From an uncultured Gammaproteobacteria bacterium (GTDB lineage Bacteria; Pseudomonadota; Gammaproteobacteria; CAWCPV01): DNA of 64,000 nt. Shown here piece by piece: positions 41,878 through 52,400 of the stretch. The notes beneath the pieces were generated by a model that saw only the letters and a list, made by a program, of their open reading frames with translations, ran no database searches and had not been told where the DNA came from. Position numbers and translations under genes: made by a program. Where the stretch lies: NCBI GenBank assembly GCA_963797555.1, contig CAWCPV010000009.1, positions 192,001-256,000 of the forward strand. Direction: 5' to 3'. The stretch's first letter is position 1; each line of letters opens with the position of its first letter.

Positions 41878-42151
41878 TCAGCGGACGCTGAACCGCGGGA
41901 TGGACTGATCTGGATTCTGGCTCGGGGCTGCACGCCACGCGGGTGACGTGGGCCAGCGGCGGCCCCTGGCGCAGCCACTCCCGCAGCGCTGCCAACTGGC
42001 GTTCCGTGCCGCAGGCCAGGACTTCCACCTGGCTGCCCGGGACGTTGCGCACCCAGCCGGTGATGCCCAGACGCTCCGCTTCCTCCCGTGCGGAGGCGCG
42101 GAAGAACACCCCCTGCACCCGACCCGACACCACGCAACGTATACAGGGCAT
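41878..42151 (-). CDS. acyP: Acylphosphatase, apparent frameshift near the C-terminus
   Basis: VSGRVQGVFFR, GWVRN and LRQGPP motifs; the expected FSVR-stop end lies in another frame. Confidence 0.8.
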
Positions 42152-42335
42152 TAGGGCGATTCCGGCACCGCGAGCCATCGAGGCGGGAGGATGTCTGCGC
42201 GGAGATCGAACATCACCTCCGGCGCGTCAAAGGGCACTGGATCCGATCTCGGGGTTGGCTCCGACCCGCCGCATCCGCTTCATCGTCCGGGGTGGCGAAT
42301 ATTCGCATGAGCGGCGTTCCGCGAGCGACGCGTGC

Positions 42336-42854
42336 TCACTGACCTGTGGTCTTGGGCTCGGCTGCCGGGGCGGGCTTGGCTGCCTGGCTCGCGGATTCCT
42401 GAAGGAAATCCTCCACGGAACCGCTGTCGATGGGTCCCAGATTACGCGCTGCGACTTTGCCGTGCGGGTCCACCAGATAGCTGGTGGGCAGGACCGTAAT
42501 GGCGCCGAACGCAGTCGGCCCCGAGGGAGACTCGCGCAGCACCGGGTAGTGAATCCCGAGGGTCTCTACCCAGTAACGCAGCTTGTGCGTGCTGATGTCC
42601 TCGTAGTCGACCCCTATGACGACGGCGTCCTTGTCCTTGTGGCGCTTGTGGAACTCGACGAGCTCGGGGATCTCCTTCAGGCAGGGGGGGCACCAGGTCG
42701 CCCAGTAGTTAACCAACACCCATTTGCCGCGGTAATCGGAGAGGTGGTGTTCGACGCCGGCGAGATCGGGTAGTGTAAAATCCGCCTGTTGGGCGAGAAC
42801 CGGCGGCGCGAGCCACATTGAGACCAGCGGCAACCAAAGGCAATACTTCAGCAT
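42336..42854 (-). CDS. TlpA family disulfide reductase
   Basis: Signal peptide; NYWATWCPPC and LPTSYL motifs. Confidence 0.9.
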   Translation of the reverse strand: MLKYCLWLPLVSMWLAPPVLAQQADFTLPDLAGVEHHLSDYRGKWVLVNYWATWCPPCLKEIPELVEFHKRHKDKDAVVIGVDYEDISTHKLRYWVETLGIHYPVLRESPSGPTAFGAITVLPTSYLVDPHGKVAARNLGPIDSGSVEDFLQESASQAAKPAPAAEPKTTGQ

Positions 42855-42940
42855 GGGTCCTCCGTCGATACGCGGTCCGGCGTCTAAGCTGCCACCCTCC
42901 CCGACCGCGATCAAGTAGTCGCACGGCGGAACCCCCAGCC

Positions 42941-44339
42941 ATGCCATCGGGTCTGCACCGCACAGAGAGAGACAGCCTCGGAGAATATAAGGTTCCGGGG
43001 GATGCCTGGTACGGCATCCAGACCGCGCGGGCCGTGGACAACTTTCGCATCAGTGGCCGCTGTCCCGACCGCGACTTCGTGCACGCGCAGGTCAGCATCA
43101 AGCGCTGCGCCGCGGTGGTCAACCGCAACGCCGGGTGGCTGGAGCCGCGCCTGGCCGAGGCGATCGTGGGCGCCTGCGACCGCATCCTGGGAGGCGAGCT
43201 GCTGGACCAGTTCGTCGTGGACCGTTTTCAAGCGGGCGCGGGCACCAGCCACAACATGAACGCCAACGAGGTCCTCGCCAATCTGGCCAACGTGGCCTTG
43301 GGCGGGGAGCGGGGCACCTATCGGCCGGTGCACCCGAACGACCACGTGAACCTGTCTCAGAGCACCAACGACACCATCCCCACCGCTATCCGACTGGCGG
43401 CTCTGACCAAGCTGCCGTCGCTCACCGCAGCAGTGCAGAGCATGGCCGATGAGTTGCAGCGCCTCGGCGCGCAGGCACGGGACACCGTCAAGAGCGGCCG
43501 CACCCATCTCCAGGACGCCGTCCCCACGACCGTTGGAAGGGAGGCTCGGGGCCTATGCTTGGACGCTGAGGCGCTGCCTGAGACGCCTGGAGGCCACCAA
43601 AGAGCCGCTGTGCGAGATCGGTCTGGGCGGGACCGCGGCAGGCACAGGCCTCAACAGCCCTCCCGGATACCCCGAGAAGGTGGCCGCCGAGCTGGCGCGC
43701 CTCACCGGTCAACCCATCCGAGCGGCGGACGACCTGGCAGCCCAGATGCAATCGATGCTCGACCTCCAGGGGCTGTCCTCGGCGCTCAGGGAGCTGGCCC
43801 TTGAGCTGACCCGCATCAGCAACGACATTCGCCTATTGGCTTCGGGCCCGCGCACCGGGCTCGGGGAGATCCTGCTGCCGGCTGTCCAGCCCGGCTCCAG
43901 CATCATGCCCGGAAAGGTCAACCCGGTGATGTTCGAGGCACTCAACATGGTCTGCTACCAGGTGCTGGGGCAGGACGCCGCCATCGCCGCGATGACCGCC
44001 GCCGGACAGCTCGAGCTGAACGTCATGATGCCTGCCCTGGGATCTGCCTTGTTCGACGCTATGGACTGGCTGACCCATGCCGTGCATGGCGCGACCGAAC
44101 GTAACCTGCGCGGACTCCGCGTGGACGAGACGCGCTGCAGCTATTTCCTGCACGCCAGCGTCGGGCTCGCGACGTTGCTCAACACCCGCATCGGCTATGG
44201 CGAGGCGGCGGAGGTCGCCAAGGAATCGGAGCGCACGGGCCGCCCGGTGCGCAACGTCGTGGCCGAGCGTGGACTGATGACTGCCGAGGAGTTCGATGCT
44301 CTGGTGCTGAAGGCCGCGCGGGACGGACGGCTAGACTGA
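42941..44339 (+). CDS. Aspartate ammonia-lyase / class II fumarase, frameshift near 43545
   Basis: GAGTSHNMNANE, SGRTHLQDA and GSSIMPGKVNP motifs split over two frames. Confidence 0.88.
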
Positions 44340-44383
44340 AAGAGGGCCGCGCCGGGCGGTCGCGTCCACTCGGGGCTAGTGGC

Positions 44384-45871
44384 GTGGCAGCGCTTGTCGG
44401 GTGCTTGATCGCCCTCGCACTGGTCACAGTGGTGGGCTGTGCGCGGCAGGACGCATCTTCACTGCGTTTCGGCCTCGCGACGGCGCCCGCGACCCTGGAC
44501 CCGAGATTCGCCACCGACGCCAGCTCCGAGCGGATCAACCGCCTCATCTACCGCCGCCTGGTAGACTTCGACGAGCACTCCCGGCCCGTCGCCTCTCTGG
44601 CTCGTTGGCTGCAGATCGACCCGACCCGTTACCGCGTGGTCCTCGGGCAGGCGGGGCGGCGGTTCCACGACGGAGAGCGCCTCACCGCCCGCGACGTCAA
44701 AGCCACCTATGACTCTGTGCTGAGCCCGACCAGCGCCTCTCCGCATCGCGCCCCACTCGCCGGGGTCGAACGGGTGGAGGTCGTGGACGCGGACACCGTG
44801 GATTTCTATCTGCGGCGGCCCGATCCGCTGTTCCCCGGACGTTTGGACCTCGGCATCCTTCCCGCTCGATTGGTCGCGGCGGGACATCCATTCCGGACCG
44901 ATCCCGTCGGCAGCGGGCCTTGCGCATTCCTCGACTGGCCTGACGAGAACCGCCTGCGCCTGAGGCGCCTGGACGACGGACAGACCATCGAGTTCCTGCG
45001 CGTTCCCGACCCGACGATGCGGGTACTGAAGCTGCTGCGCGGTGAAATCGACATGCTGCAGAACGATCTGCCGCCCGAGCTGGTCGGCTATCTGGCGAAA
45101 CGCAGCGAGGTGCGGGTGGTCACGGGGCCCGGGATCAACTTCAGCTACCTCGGCTTCAACCTGCGCGACCCCGTTACCGGGCGCCTTGCGGTCCGCCAGG
45201 CCATCGCCTATGCCGTCGACCGCGGCTCCGTCATCCGCCACGTGCTGGGGGGGGCCGCCCGCCCAGCCAGCGCCCTGCTGCCCCCGGAACACTGGGCCGG
45301 CGACCCGGGCCTGCCGGCGTATCGCTACGATCCGGGGCGAGCACGGGCGCTGCTGCACCGGGCGGGATTCGACGCGGCGCATCGGCCCCGCATCGTCTAT
45401 CGGACCTCCACCGACCCGCTCCGGGTGCGCGTGGCCACCGTGCTCCAGTCCCAGCTCGCCGACGTCGGCATCGACGTGGAGCTGCGCACCTACGACTGGG
45501 GCACCCTATACGCCGACATCAAGGCGGGCAGGTTCCAGATGTACAGCCTGAGCTGGGTCGGGGTGCACTCTCCGGACATCTTCCGCTACATCTTCCACAG
45601 CCAGTCCGTGCCCCCGCTGGGTGCCAACCGGGGCCGCTACGCCAGCACAGCAACCGACCGCCTCATCGAGCAGGCGGAGGCCGCCACGGACCCCGTCCTG
45701 CGGGCGAGCCTTTACCGGCGTTTGCAGCGGGTCCTCTGGGAGGAGCTGCCATACGTGCCGTTGTGGTATGAAGACCAGGTGTTCGTCGCGCGGCGGGACA
45801 TCCAGGGCTACCGGCTGTCCCCGGACGGCGATTACGACGGACTGCTGGCCGCGCACCGCACCTTGCCTTAA
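44384..45871 (+). CDS. Peptide ABC transporter substrate-binding lipoprotein (family 5)
   Basis: Lipobox VVGC; LDPRF, FHDG..LTARDV and VRQAIAYAVDR motifs. Confidence 0.9.
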   Translation: MAALVGCLIALALVTVVGCARQDASSLRFGLATAPATLDPRFATDASSERINRLIYRRLVDFDEHSRPVASLARWLQIDPTRYRVVLGQAGRRFHDGERLTARDVKATYDSVLSPTSASPHRAPLAGVERVEVVDADTVDFYLRRPDPLFPGRLDLGILPARLVAAGHPFRTDPVGSGPCAFLDWPDENRLRLRRLDDGQTIEFLRVPDPTMRVLKLLRGEIDMLQNDLPPELVGYLAKRSEVRVVTGPGINFSYLGFNLRDPVTGRLAVRQAIAYAVDRGSVIRHVLGGAARPASALLPPEHWAGDPGLPAYRYDPGRARALLHRAGFDAAHRPRIVYRTSTDPLRVRVATVLQSQLADVGIDVELRTYDWGTLYADIKAGRFQMYSLSWVGVHSPDIFRYIFHSQSVPPLGANRGRYASTATDRLIEQAEAATDPVLRASLYRRLQRVLWEELPYVPLWYEDQVFVARRDIQGYRLSPDGDYDGLLAAHRTLP

Positions 45872-45908
45872 CATCGTGGTCCGCGTGAGCAGCGGAGCCG
45901 GCCAGCGC

Positions 45909-46397
45909 ATGGGGGAGGAGCGGGTCATCGAGGTGAGCGTACCCGAGCAGCGGCTGTGGCTGCTCGAAGGGGAACACCGCCTGCTGGAGGCGCCGGTGTC
46001 CACCGCGCGCAACGGCGTCGGGGAGGCGTACGGCAGCGAGCGCACGCCGCGCGGCTGGCACGTGGTGCGCGCCAAGATCGGCGCCGGGTGTCCCGTGGGC
46101 TCTGTGTTCGTCGGCCGCCGCCCCACCGGCGAGCATTACTCGGCGGAACTGCGCGCCCGCTATCCCCAGCGCGACTGGATTCTGACCCGGATCCTCTGGC
46201 TGGGCGGACTGGAGAAGGGAAAGAACCGTCTTGGGCCCGTGGACACGCTGCGCCGCTTCATTTACATCCACGGCTGCCCCGACGAGGACCCGATGGGCGT
46301 GCCCAGCTCCCACGGCTGCATCAAGATGCGCAACGAGGGGATTATCCGCCTGTTCGAGCTGACCGAGCGGGGCACGCGCGTGCTCATCGAGGCTTGA
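45909..46397 (+). CDS. L,D-transpeptidase (YkuD family)
   Basis: TPRG, IYIHG and SHGCIKM motifs. Confidence 0.9.
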   Translation: MGEERVIEVSVPEQRLWLLEGEHRLLEAPVSTARNGVGEAYGSERTPRGWHVVRAKIGAGCPVGSVFVGRRPTGEHYSAELRARYPQRDWILTRILWLGGLEKGKNRLGPVDTLRRFIYIHGCPDEDPMGVPSSHGCIKMRNEGIIRLFELTERGTRVLIEA

Positions 46398-46400
46398 GTC

Positions 46401-47330
46401 ATGGGCCGCTTCGTATTGTCGCGCCTCGGGAGCGCGGCGCTGGTCGTCGCCGGCGTCGTGTGCCTGGTGTTTTTCGTTCTCCGCCTCGTGCCAGGCGATC
46501 CCGTGGGCGTCATGTTGGGGGAGTCAGCGCAGGCCGCCGACCGTCTGGCGCTGGAGCACGCCCTCGGGCTGGATCGCCCTCTGCTGAGCCAATTGGGCAC
46601 CTATGTTCAGCGCTTGGCCCGCCTCGACCTGGGGGTGTCGATACAGTCCGGCCGGCCGATCCTGGACATCCTGGCAGAGCGCGTACCCGCCACGGCCGAG
46701 CTGGCCCTGGCTGGCCTGTGCGCGGCGGCGGCGTTGGCGTTCCCGCTGGGGGCGCTGGCCGCCCTGCGCCGCGGGACGGCCTGGGACATGGCTGCCATGA
46801 GCTTCTCCCTGCTCGGGATCTCGATGCCCAACTTCTGGCTCGGACCGGTGCTGGTGCTCGTGTTCTCCCTCGGTCTGGGTTGGCTGCCGGTAAGCGGCCG
46901 CGCGGGCGCCGGCTCGCTGGTGCTGCCGGCGCTCACGCTGGGGACCGGCGTGGCCGCGCTGCTGGCCCGTATGGTCCGGGCAGCGCTGCTGGAGGTGCTC
47001 GGCGAGGACTACGTGCGCACCGCACACGCCAAGGGCCTGCCGCCGCGGCAGGTGCTCCTCCACCATGCGCTGCGCAACGCCTGGCTGCCCATCGTCACCG
47101 TGCTCGGGATGCAATTGGGTGCGCTCCTGGGCGGCGCGGTGATCACCGAGGTGGTCTTCGCCTGGCCGGGGGTGGGTCAGCTCATGGTGGAGGCCATCCA
47201 GCGCCGCGACTACCCGGTCGTGCAGGCGTGCGTGCTGCTCATCAGCGTCACCTATGTGCTGGTGAACACCGGAACCGACCTCCTCTACGGCTGGCTCGAT
47301 CCCCGCGTGCGCCTGCCGAGCGCGACCTGA
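46401..47330 (+). CDS. Peptide ABC transporter permease (DppB/OppB)
   Basis: PGDPV, DYVRTAHAKGL, HALRNA and RRDYPVVQ motifs. Confidence 0.92.
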   Translation: MGRFVLSRLGSAALVVAGVVCLVFFVLRLVPGDPVGVMLGESAQAADRLALEHALGLDRPLLSQLGTYVQRLARLDLGVSIQSGRPILDILAERVPATAELALAGLCAAAALAFPLGALAALRRGTAWDMAAMSFSLLGISMPNFWLGPVLVLVFSLGLGWLPVSGRAGAGSLVLPALTLGTGVAALLARMVRAALLEVLGEDYVRTAHAKGLPPRQVLLHHALRNAWLPIVTVLGMQLGALLGGAVITEVVFAWPGVGQLMVEAIQRRDYPVVQACVLLISVTYVLVNTGTDLLYGWLDPRVRLPSAT

Positions 47331-48124
47331 TGCGTGTGTGGCTGCCCGCAACGGTGCTATTCGTGTGGGGACTGATGGCCGCCGCGGGTCCCGCGCTGCC
47401 GTTGTCTCCGGACCGCATCGACCTGGCAAAGACGCTGTCCCCTCCGGACTGCGCCGGCTGGCTCGGCTACGACGACCTGGGGCGGCCGGTCCTCGATCGC
47501 CTGGTGATCGGGGCGCACACGTCGTGCCTGGTCGCCTTGGGGGTCGTGACCCTCAGCCTGACCGTCGGTGCCCTGTTAGGAAGCGTCTGCGCCTACGCCG
47601 GCGGTATCTGGGACCACGTGCTCGCGCGGATGGTGGAGGTCTTCCTCGCCTTTCCGGGGATTCTCCTGGCCATCGCGCTGGCGGGGCTGCTCGGACCGGG
47701 AATCGACAACGTGGTGATCGCCCTGGCGAGCGTCGGCTGGGTGGGCTTCGCGCGCCTCAGCCGCGCCCAAGTCCTGAGCGTCAAGCACCGTGAGCACGTC
47801 CAGGCGGCCGTGGCCCTGGGCACACCCCGGCTGCGCGTCGTGCTGCGTCATCTGCTGCCTTTCGTCAGCGCACCCCTCATCGTGGAGGCGACCTTCGGCA
47901 TCGCCAGCGTAGTGAGCGCCGAGGCCGGCCTGTCTTTCCTGGGGCTGGGGGTGCAGCCGCCCGAAGCCTCCTGGGGCAGTATGATACGAGACGGCGCGCA
48001 CTACATGTTGGTGGCGCCCCATGTGGTGCTGGCCTCCGGCGGCACACTCATGTTAGTGGTGCTGTCCGCGAACCTGCTGGGCGACCGCCTCCGGGATTGG
48101 ATGGATGTGAGACAAGAGGGTTGA
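47330..48124 (+). CDS. Peptide ABC transporter permease (DppC/OppC)
   Basis: LGYDDLGR, EAGLSFLGLG and NLLGDRLRD motifs. Confidence 0.92.
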   Translation: MRVWLPATVLFVWGLMAAAGPALPLSPDRIDLAKTLSPPDCAGWLGYDDLGRPVLDRLVIGAHTSCLVALGVVTLSLTVGALLGSVCAYAGGIWDHVLARMVEVFLAFPGILLAIALAGLLGPGIDNVVIALASVGWVGFARLSRAQVLSVKHREHVQAAVALGTPRLRVVLRHLLPFVSAPLIVEATFGIASVVSAEAGLSFLGLGVQPPEASWGSMIRDGAHYMLVAPHVVLASGGTLMLVVLSANLLGDRLRDWMDVRQEG

Positions 48125-48131
48125 GCGGACC

Positions 48132-49187
48132 ATGTCCCTGGGACCGGTGATGATCGACCTTGCAGGGCCCTCGCTGACCGCGGAAGAGCGCGAGCTGCTG
48201 TGCCACCCGCTGGTGGGCGGGGTGATCCTGTTCAGCCGCAACTACGAATCGCCCGAACAGTTGCTGGTTCTGACCGCAGACATCCACGGCCTGCGGGAGC
48301 CGCACCTGCTGGTCGCCGTCGACCAGGAAGGCGGGCGGGTGCAGCGGTTCCGCGAGGGCTTCACCCGTCTCCCGTCTCCAGCCGTGTTCGGGAGGATCTA
48401 CGAGCACGACCCCAAGCACGCCCACCACTTGGCGGCAACCTGCGGCTGGCTGATGGCCGCTGAACTGCGGGCAGTGGGGGTCGATTTCAGCTTTGCGCCG
48501 GTGCTCGACCTGGACCGCGGCCTCAACCAGGTCATCGGCGACCGCGCCTTTCACCGCCAGCCCGACGTGGCGGCGGATCTCGGCCGCGCCTATCTGGCCG
48601 GAATGCATCGAGCGGGCATGGCGGGTGTGGGCAAACACTTCCCGGGGCACGGAGGAGTCAGCGCGGACTCGCACGTCGCTGTGCCGGTCGACGAGCGCCG
48701 CTTCGCCGATATTTACATGGAGGACATCCTGCCCTTCGAGCGTCTCATCGACGATGGGCTCGCCGCTATCATGCCCGCTCACGTCATTTACCCCCGGCTC
48801 GCACCGGAGCCCGCCGGATTCTCGTTCTTTTGGCTGCGCCGGGTGCTGCGCGACCGCCTGGGTTTCCAGGGGGCGATCTTCAGCGACGACCTCGCCATGG
48901 AAGGTGCCAGCGTGGCCGGGGACCTGCCGGACAGGGCCCGCGCCGCCTTGGCAGCGGGCTGCGACATGGTGCTGCTCTGCCATCGGCGCGAAGCCGTGGC
49001 GGGAATCGTCGACGCCCTCGCCCGCTGGAACGACCCTGCCGCCCAGGTGCGCCTCGCCCGCATGCACGGACGGCTTGCGACGCCGCGGGACGCATTGCTC
49101 GGGAGCCCGGAGTGGCACGACGCTGTCCAGGATCTCGTCGCCGCGGAAGATCAAACCAGCCTGGATCTGGACTTCGGGAACGGCTGA
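48132..49187 (+). CDS. nagZ: Beta-N-acetylhexosaminidase (GH3)
   Basis: DQEGGRVQR, KHFPGHG...DSH and FSDDL motifs. Confidence 0.95.
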   Translation: MSLGPVMIDLAGPSLTAEERELLCHPLVGGVILFSRNYESPEQLLVLTADIHGLREPHLLVAVDQEGGRVQRFREGFTRLPSPAVFGRIYEHDPKHAHHLAATCGWLMAAELRAVGVDFSFAPVLDLDRGLNQVIGDRAFHRQPDVAADLGRAYLAGMHRAGMAGVGKHFPGHGGVSADSHVAVPVDERRFADIYMEDILPFERLIDDGLAAIMPAHVIYPRLAPEPAGFSFFWLRRVLRDRLGFQGAIFSDDLAMEGASVAGDLPDRARAALAAGCDMVLLCHRREAVAGIVDALARWNDPAAQVRLARMHGRLATPRDALLGSPEWHDAVQDLVAAEDQTSLDLDFGNG

Positions 49188-49215
49188 CAATCGCTCCGCT
49201 CATGCGGCAGCCCCC

Positions 49216-49246
49216 GTAGGATGCGGTGAACGCAGGGAACCGCATC
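49216..49246 (+). repeat. GTAG-type REP
   Basis: GTAG followed by a GATGCGGT...ACCGCATC hairpin, just upstream of the RAYT. Confidence 0.75.
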
Positions 49247-49281
49247 GGTCGCGAAAGGAGCCGGACGAGACAAGGTGACCG

Positions 49282-49458
49282 ATGACCGAATACCGCCGTG
49301 CCGGGCTGCCGGGAGCCACGTGGTTCTTCACGGTGAATCTGGCCGAGAGACACGGGAATCGGCTCTTGGTCGAGCGGATCGATGTGTTGCGGACTGTGTT
49401 CTGCAGCGGCACGACACCCCTTCCACCTGGAAGCGGTCGTGATCCTGCCGGACCAAAA
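49282..49458 (+). pseudogene. REP-associated tyrosine transposase (RAYT) N-terminal fragment
   Basis: MTEYRRA..PGATWFFTVNL then RHPFHLEAVVILPD, cut where the HuH motif should start. Confidence 0.82.
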
Positions 49459-52400
49459 GGTCTATCCCCGCGTGCGCGGGGGAATCCTGGACTGGGGCCG
49501 GCTGGCAATGGAGGACGCGGGTCTATCCCCGCGTGCGCGGGGGAATCGGGGTGGCCCGGTCCAGGAAGGAACTGAACTAGGTCTATCCCCGCGTGCGCGG
49601 GGGAATCCCGCGCTCCGCCCGCTCCAGTGCATCCGCCAGCGGTCTATCCCCGCGTGCGCGGGGGAATCGGGATTTGGGAGCCCTGCCAGTCCAACTTGTC
49701 GGGTCTATCCCCGCGTGCGCGGGGGAATCGACCGAAACACGCCGTATCGTCCGGGGGATCTGGGTCTATCCCCGCGTGCGCGGGGGAATCGGTCGAGGTG
49801 GCGTACGGTGGCAATCTGGCGGAGGTCTATCCCCGCGTGCGCGGGGGAATCGGACAGTCCCATGGCGGCTCAGCCTCCAGTGATGGTCTATCCCCGCGTG
49901 CGCGGGGGAATCCGCTCCAGGTAGTGCGAGATATAGTCCTGCCCGGGTCTATCCCCGCGTGCGCGGGGGAATCCTCAGCCACGATCAATTCCGCGACCTC
50001 ATCCAGGGTCTATCCCCGCGTGCGCGGGGGAATCCACTTCATGCGCCTTCCCTGGACGGATGCGTCGGGTCTATCCCCGCGTGCGCGGGGGAATCTGGGG
50101 CAAGGCCGACGCCAACTACTTCGCCGAGGGTCTATCCCCGCGTGCGCGGGGGAATCGGGTCGACGGCTCTCTCGTGGCGAGCGGAAACAGGTCTATCCCC
50201 GCGTGCGCGGGGGAATCCACTCCGGTCGGTCGCGCGCGCGTGCTGGAGCAGGTCTATCCCCGCGTGCGCGGGGGAATCCATATGACTCCGGCTGATGTCG
50301 CCACTGACCGAGGTCTATCCCCGCGTGCGCGGGGGAATCCGCCTCCGCCTCCACCGCCACCTCCGCCCGTCAGGTCTATCCCCGCGTGCGCGGGGGAATC
50401 GGACCAGACCTATAGCGATGACGAACTGCACCAGGTCTATCCCCGCGTGCGCGGGGGAATCTGCGGCGCAGGAATATGTCGACGGCACCGATTAGGTCTA
50501 TCCCCGCGTGCGCGGGGGAATCCCCGGTCAATCCGATGGTCTTCGCCGGCCTCGGGGTCTATCCCCGCGTGCGCGGGGGAATCTGCCTCCTCCGGGATAC
50601 GGGCCAGGGCACTGCAGGTCTATCCCCGCGTGCGCGGGGGAATCCAATTCGAGGCGCTAGGAATCGGTTTCGAGGCGGGTCTATCCCCGCGTGCGCGGGG
50701 GAATCCCCGGAGCGCCCACTGCAAAATCAGCTCACCCAGGTCTATCCCCGCGTGCGCGGGGGAATCTGAAGACTGGGCGCGTACCTGGGGGGTGCTCGAG
50801 GTCTATCCCCGCGTGCGCGGGGGAATCATGAACCTACAATACGCAGACGGGCTTTGATGAGGTCTATCCCCGCGTGCGCGGGGGAATCCCTATAAAGGGT
50901 GGTACCCTCTCGCGGCGCTTAGGTCTATCCCCGCGTGCGCGGGGGAATCGGCATTCCCAGATCGCGGCCGAGCGGCAAGAAAGGTCTATCCCCGCGTGCG
51001 CGGGGGAATCGCGATGTGGGCTGACATGATCGCCGCCCCCCCAGGTCTATCCCCGCGTGCGCGGGGGAATCACAGCTCGCGGACCTGCTGACGGACTACC
51101 TTGGGGTCTATCCCCGCGTGCGCGGGGGAATCGGGCGCATGCCAGTGTGCATCATCGGCCACCACGGTCTATCCCCGCGTGCGCGGGGGAATCAAAAGAA
51201 CTGTCGTGTTTGTGAGGGCAGCGAGGGGTCTATCCCCGCGTGCGCGGGGGAATCGGGCTGATAGTGAACCCGACATTTGCAGAATTGGGTCTATCCCCGC
51301 GTGCGCGGGGGAATCCCTCTAAGGGGTGGTACCCTATCGCGGCGCTTAGGTCTATCCCCGCGTGCGCGGGGGAATCCCGGCGCTCATCACTCAATCCGCC
51401 ACCTACCGAGGTCTATCCCCGCGTGCGCGGGGGAATCCGGGGCATCGCTCAGCATCGGAAAGATGGTGAGGGTCTATCCCCGCGTGCGCGGGGGAATCGC
51501 GCTTACGCCCTCGGCCAGGTGCACGAGCAGGGGTCTATCCCCGCGTGCGCGGGGGAATCGATATAGTCAGCATGGACGGAAGTATACGACAGGGTCTATC
51601 CCCGCGTGCGCGGGGGAATCGCGAAAAGGTCGAGCGCAATGGGAGATCAACATGGGTCTATCCCCGCGTGCGCGGGGGAATCAGCGTAGACTGGCGCCAT
51701 GGCCGGCAGCCGCCGGGTCTATCCCCGCGTGCGCGGGGGAATCCAACAGAAGCACGTCGCGGTACAGCAGCAGCAGGGTCTATCCCCGCGTGCGCGGGGG
51801 AATCACCAGTCCCAGCGCCGTCGCTCCGGGAGTGAGGGGTCTATCCCCGCGTGCGCGGGGGAATCCCAGAGGTCCCACCGCGCAGGGCGACAACCAAGGG
51901 TCTATCCCCGCGTGCGCGGGGGAATCGCCGTGAATCCTGCTGTGGTGGGAACTGTGACAGGTCTATCCCCGCGTGCGCGGGGGAATCTCATCCGCATACT
52001 CAGTCGGTGCCGCGGGATGAGGTCTATCCCCGCGTGCGCGGGGGAATCCGGTGGCGAGTGCTCCGCTGGTCACGCTATAGAGGTCTATCCCCGCGTGCGC
52101 GGGGGAATCGCGATCACGTCCGAATCCGCCTGCCCGTCGGCGGGTCTATCCCCGCGTGCGCGGGGGAATCCCGGATTGGAGATTGTCATGACTACGCGAC
52201 TAAGGTCTATCCCCGCGTGCGCGGGGGAATCCCGCTACGTGGTAGCGATCGGCTACCGGAGCAAGGTCTATCCCCGCGTGCGCGGGGGAATCCGAGACTA
52301 TCCCAACCTACACACCGTTCGGTTAGGTCTATCCCCGCGTGCGCGGGGGAATCATTGATCATGCCAAGCCTGTCGTCTGCGATCCAGGTCTATCCCCGCG

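Noticed and set aside
45956-48124. 722-aa permease ORF
   Set aside because: Only 47330-48124 is DppC-like; the upstream part overlaps two real genes in other frames
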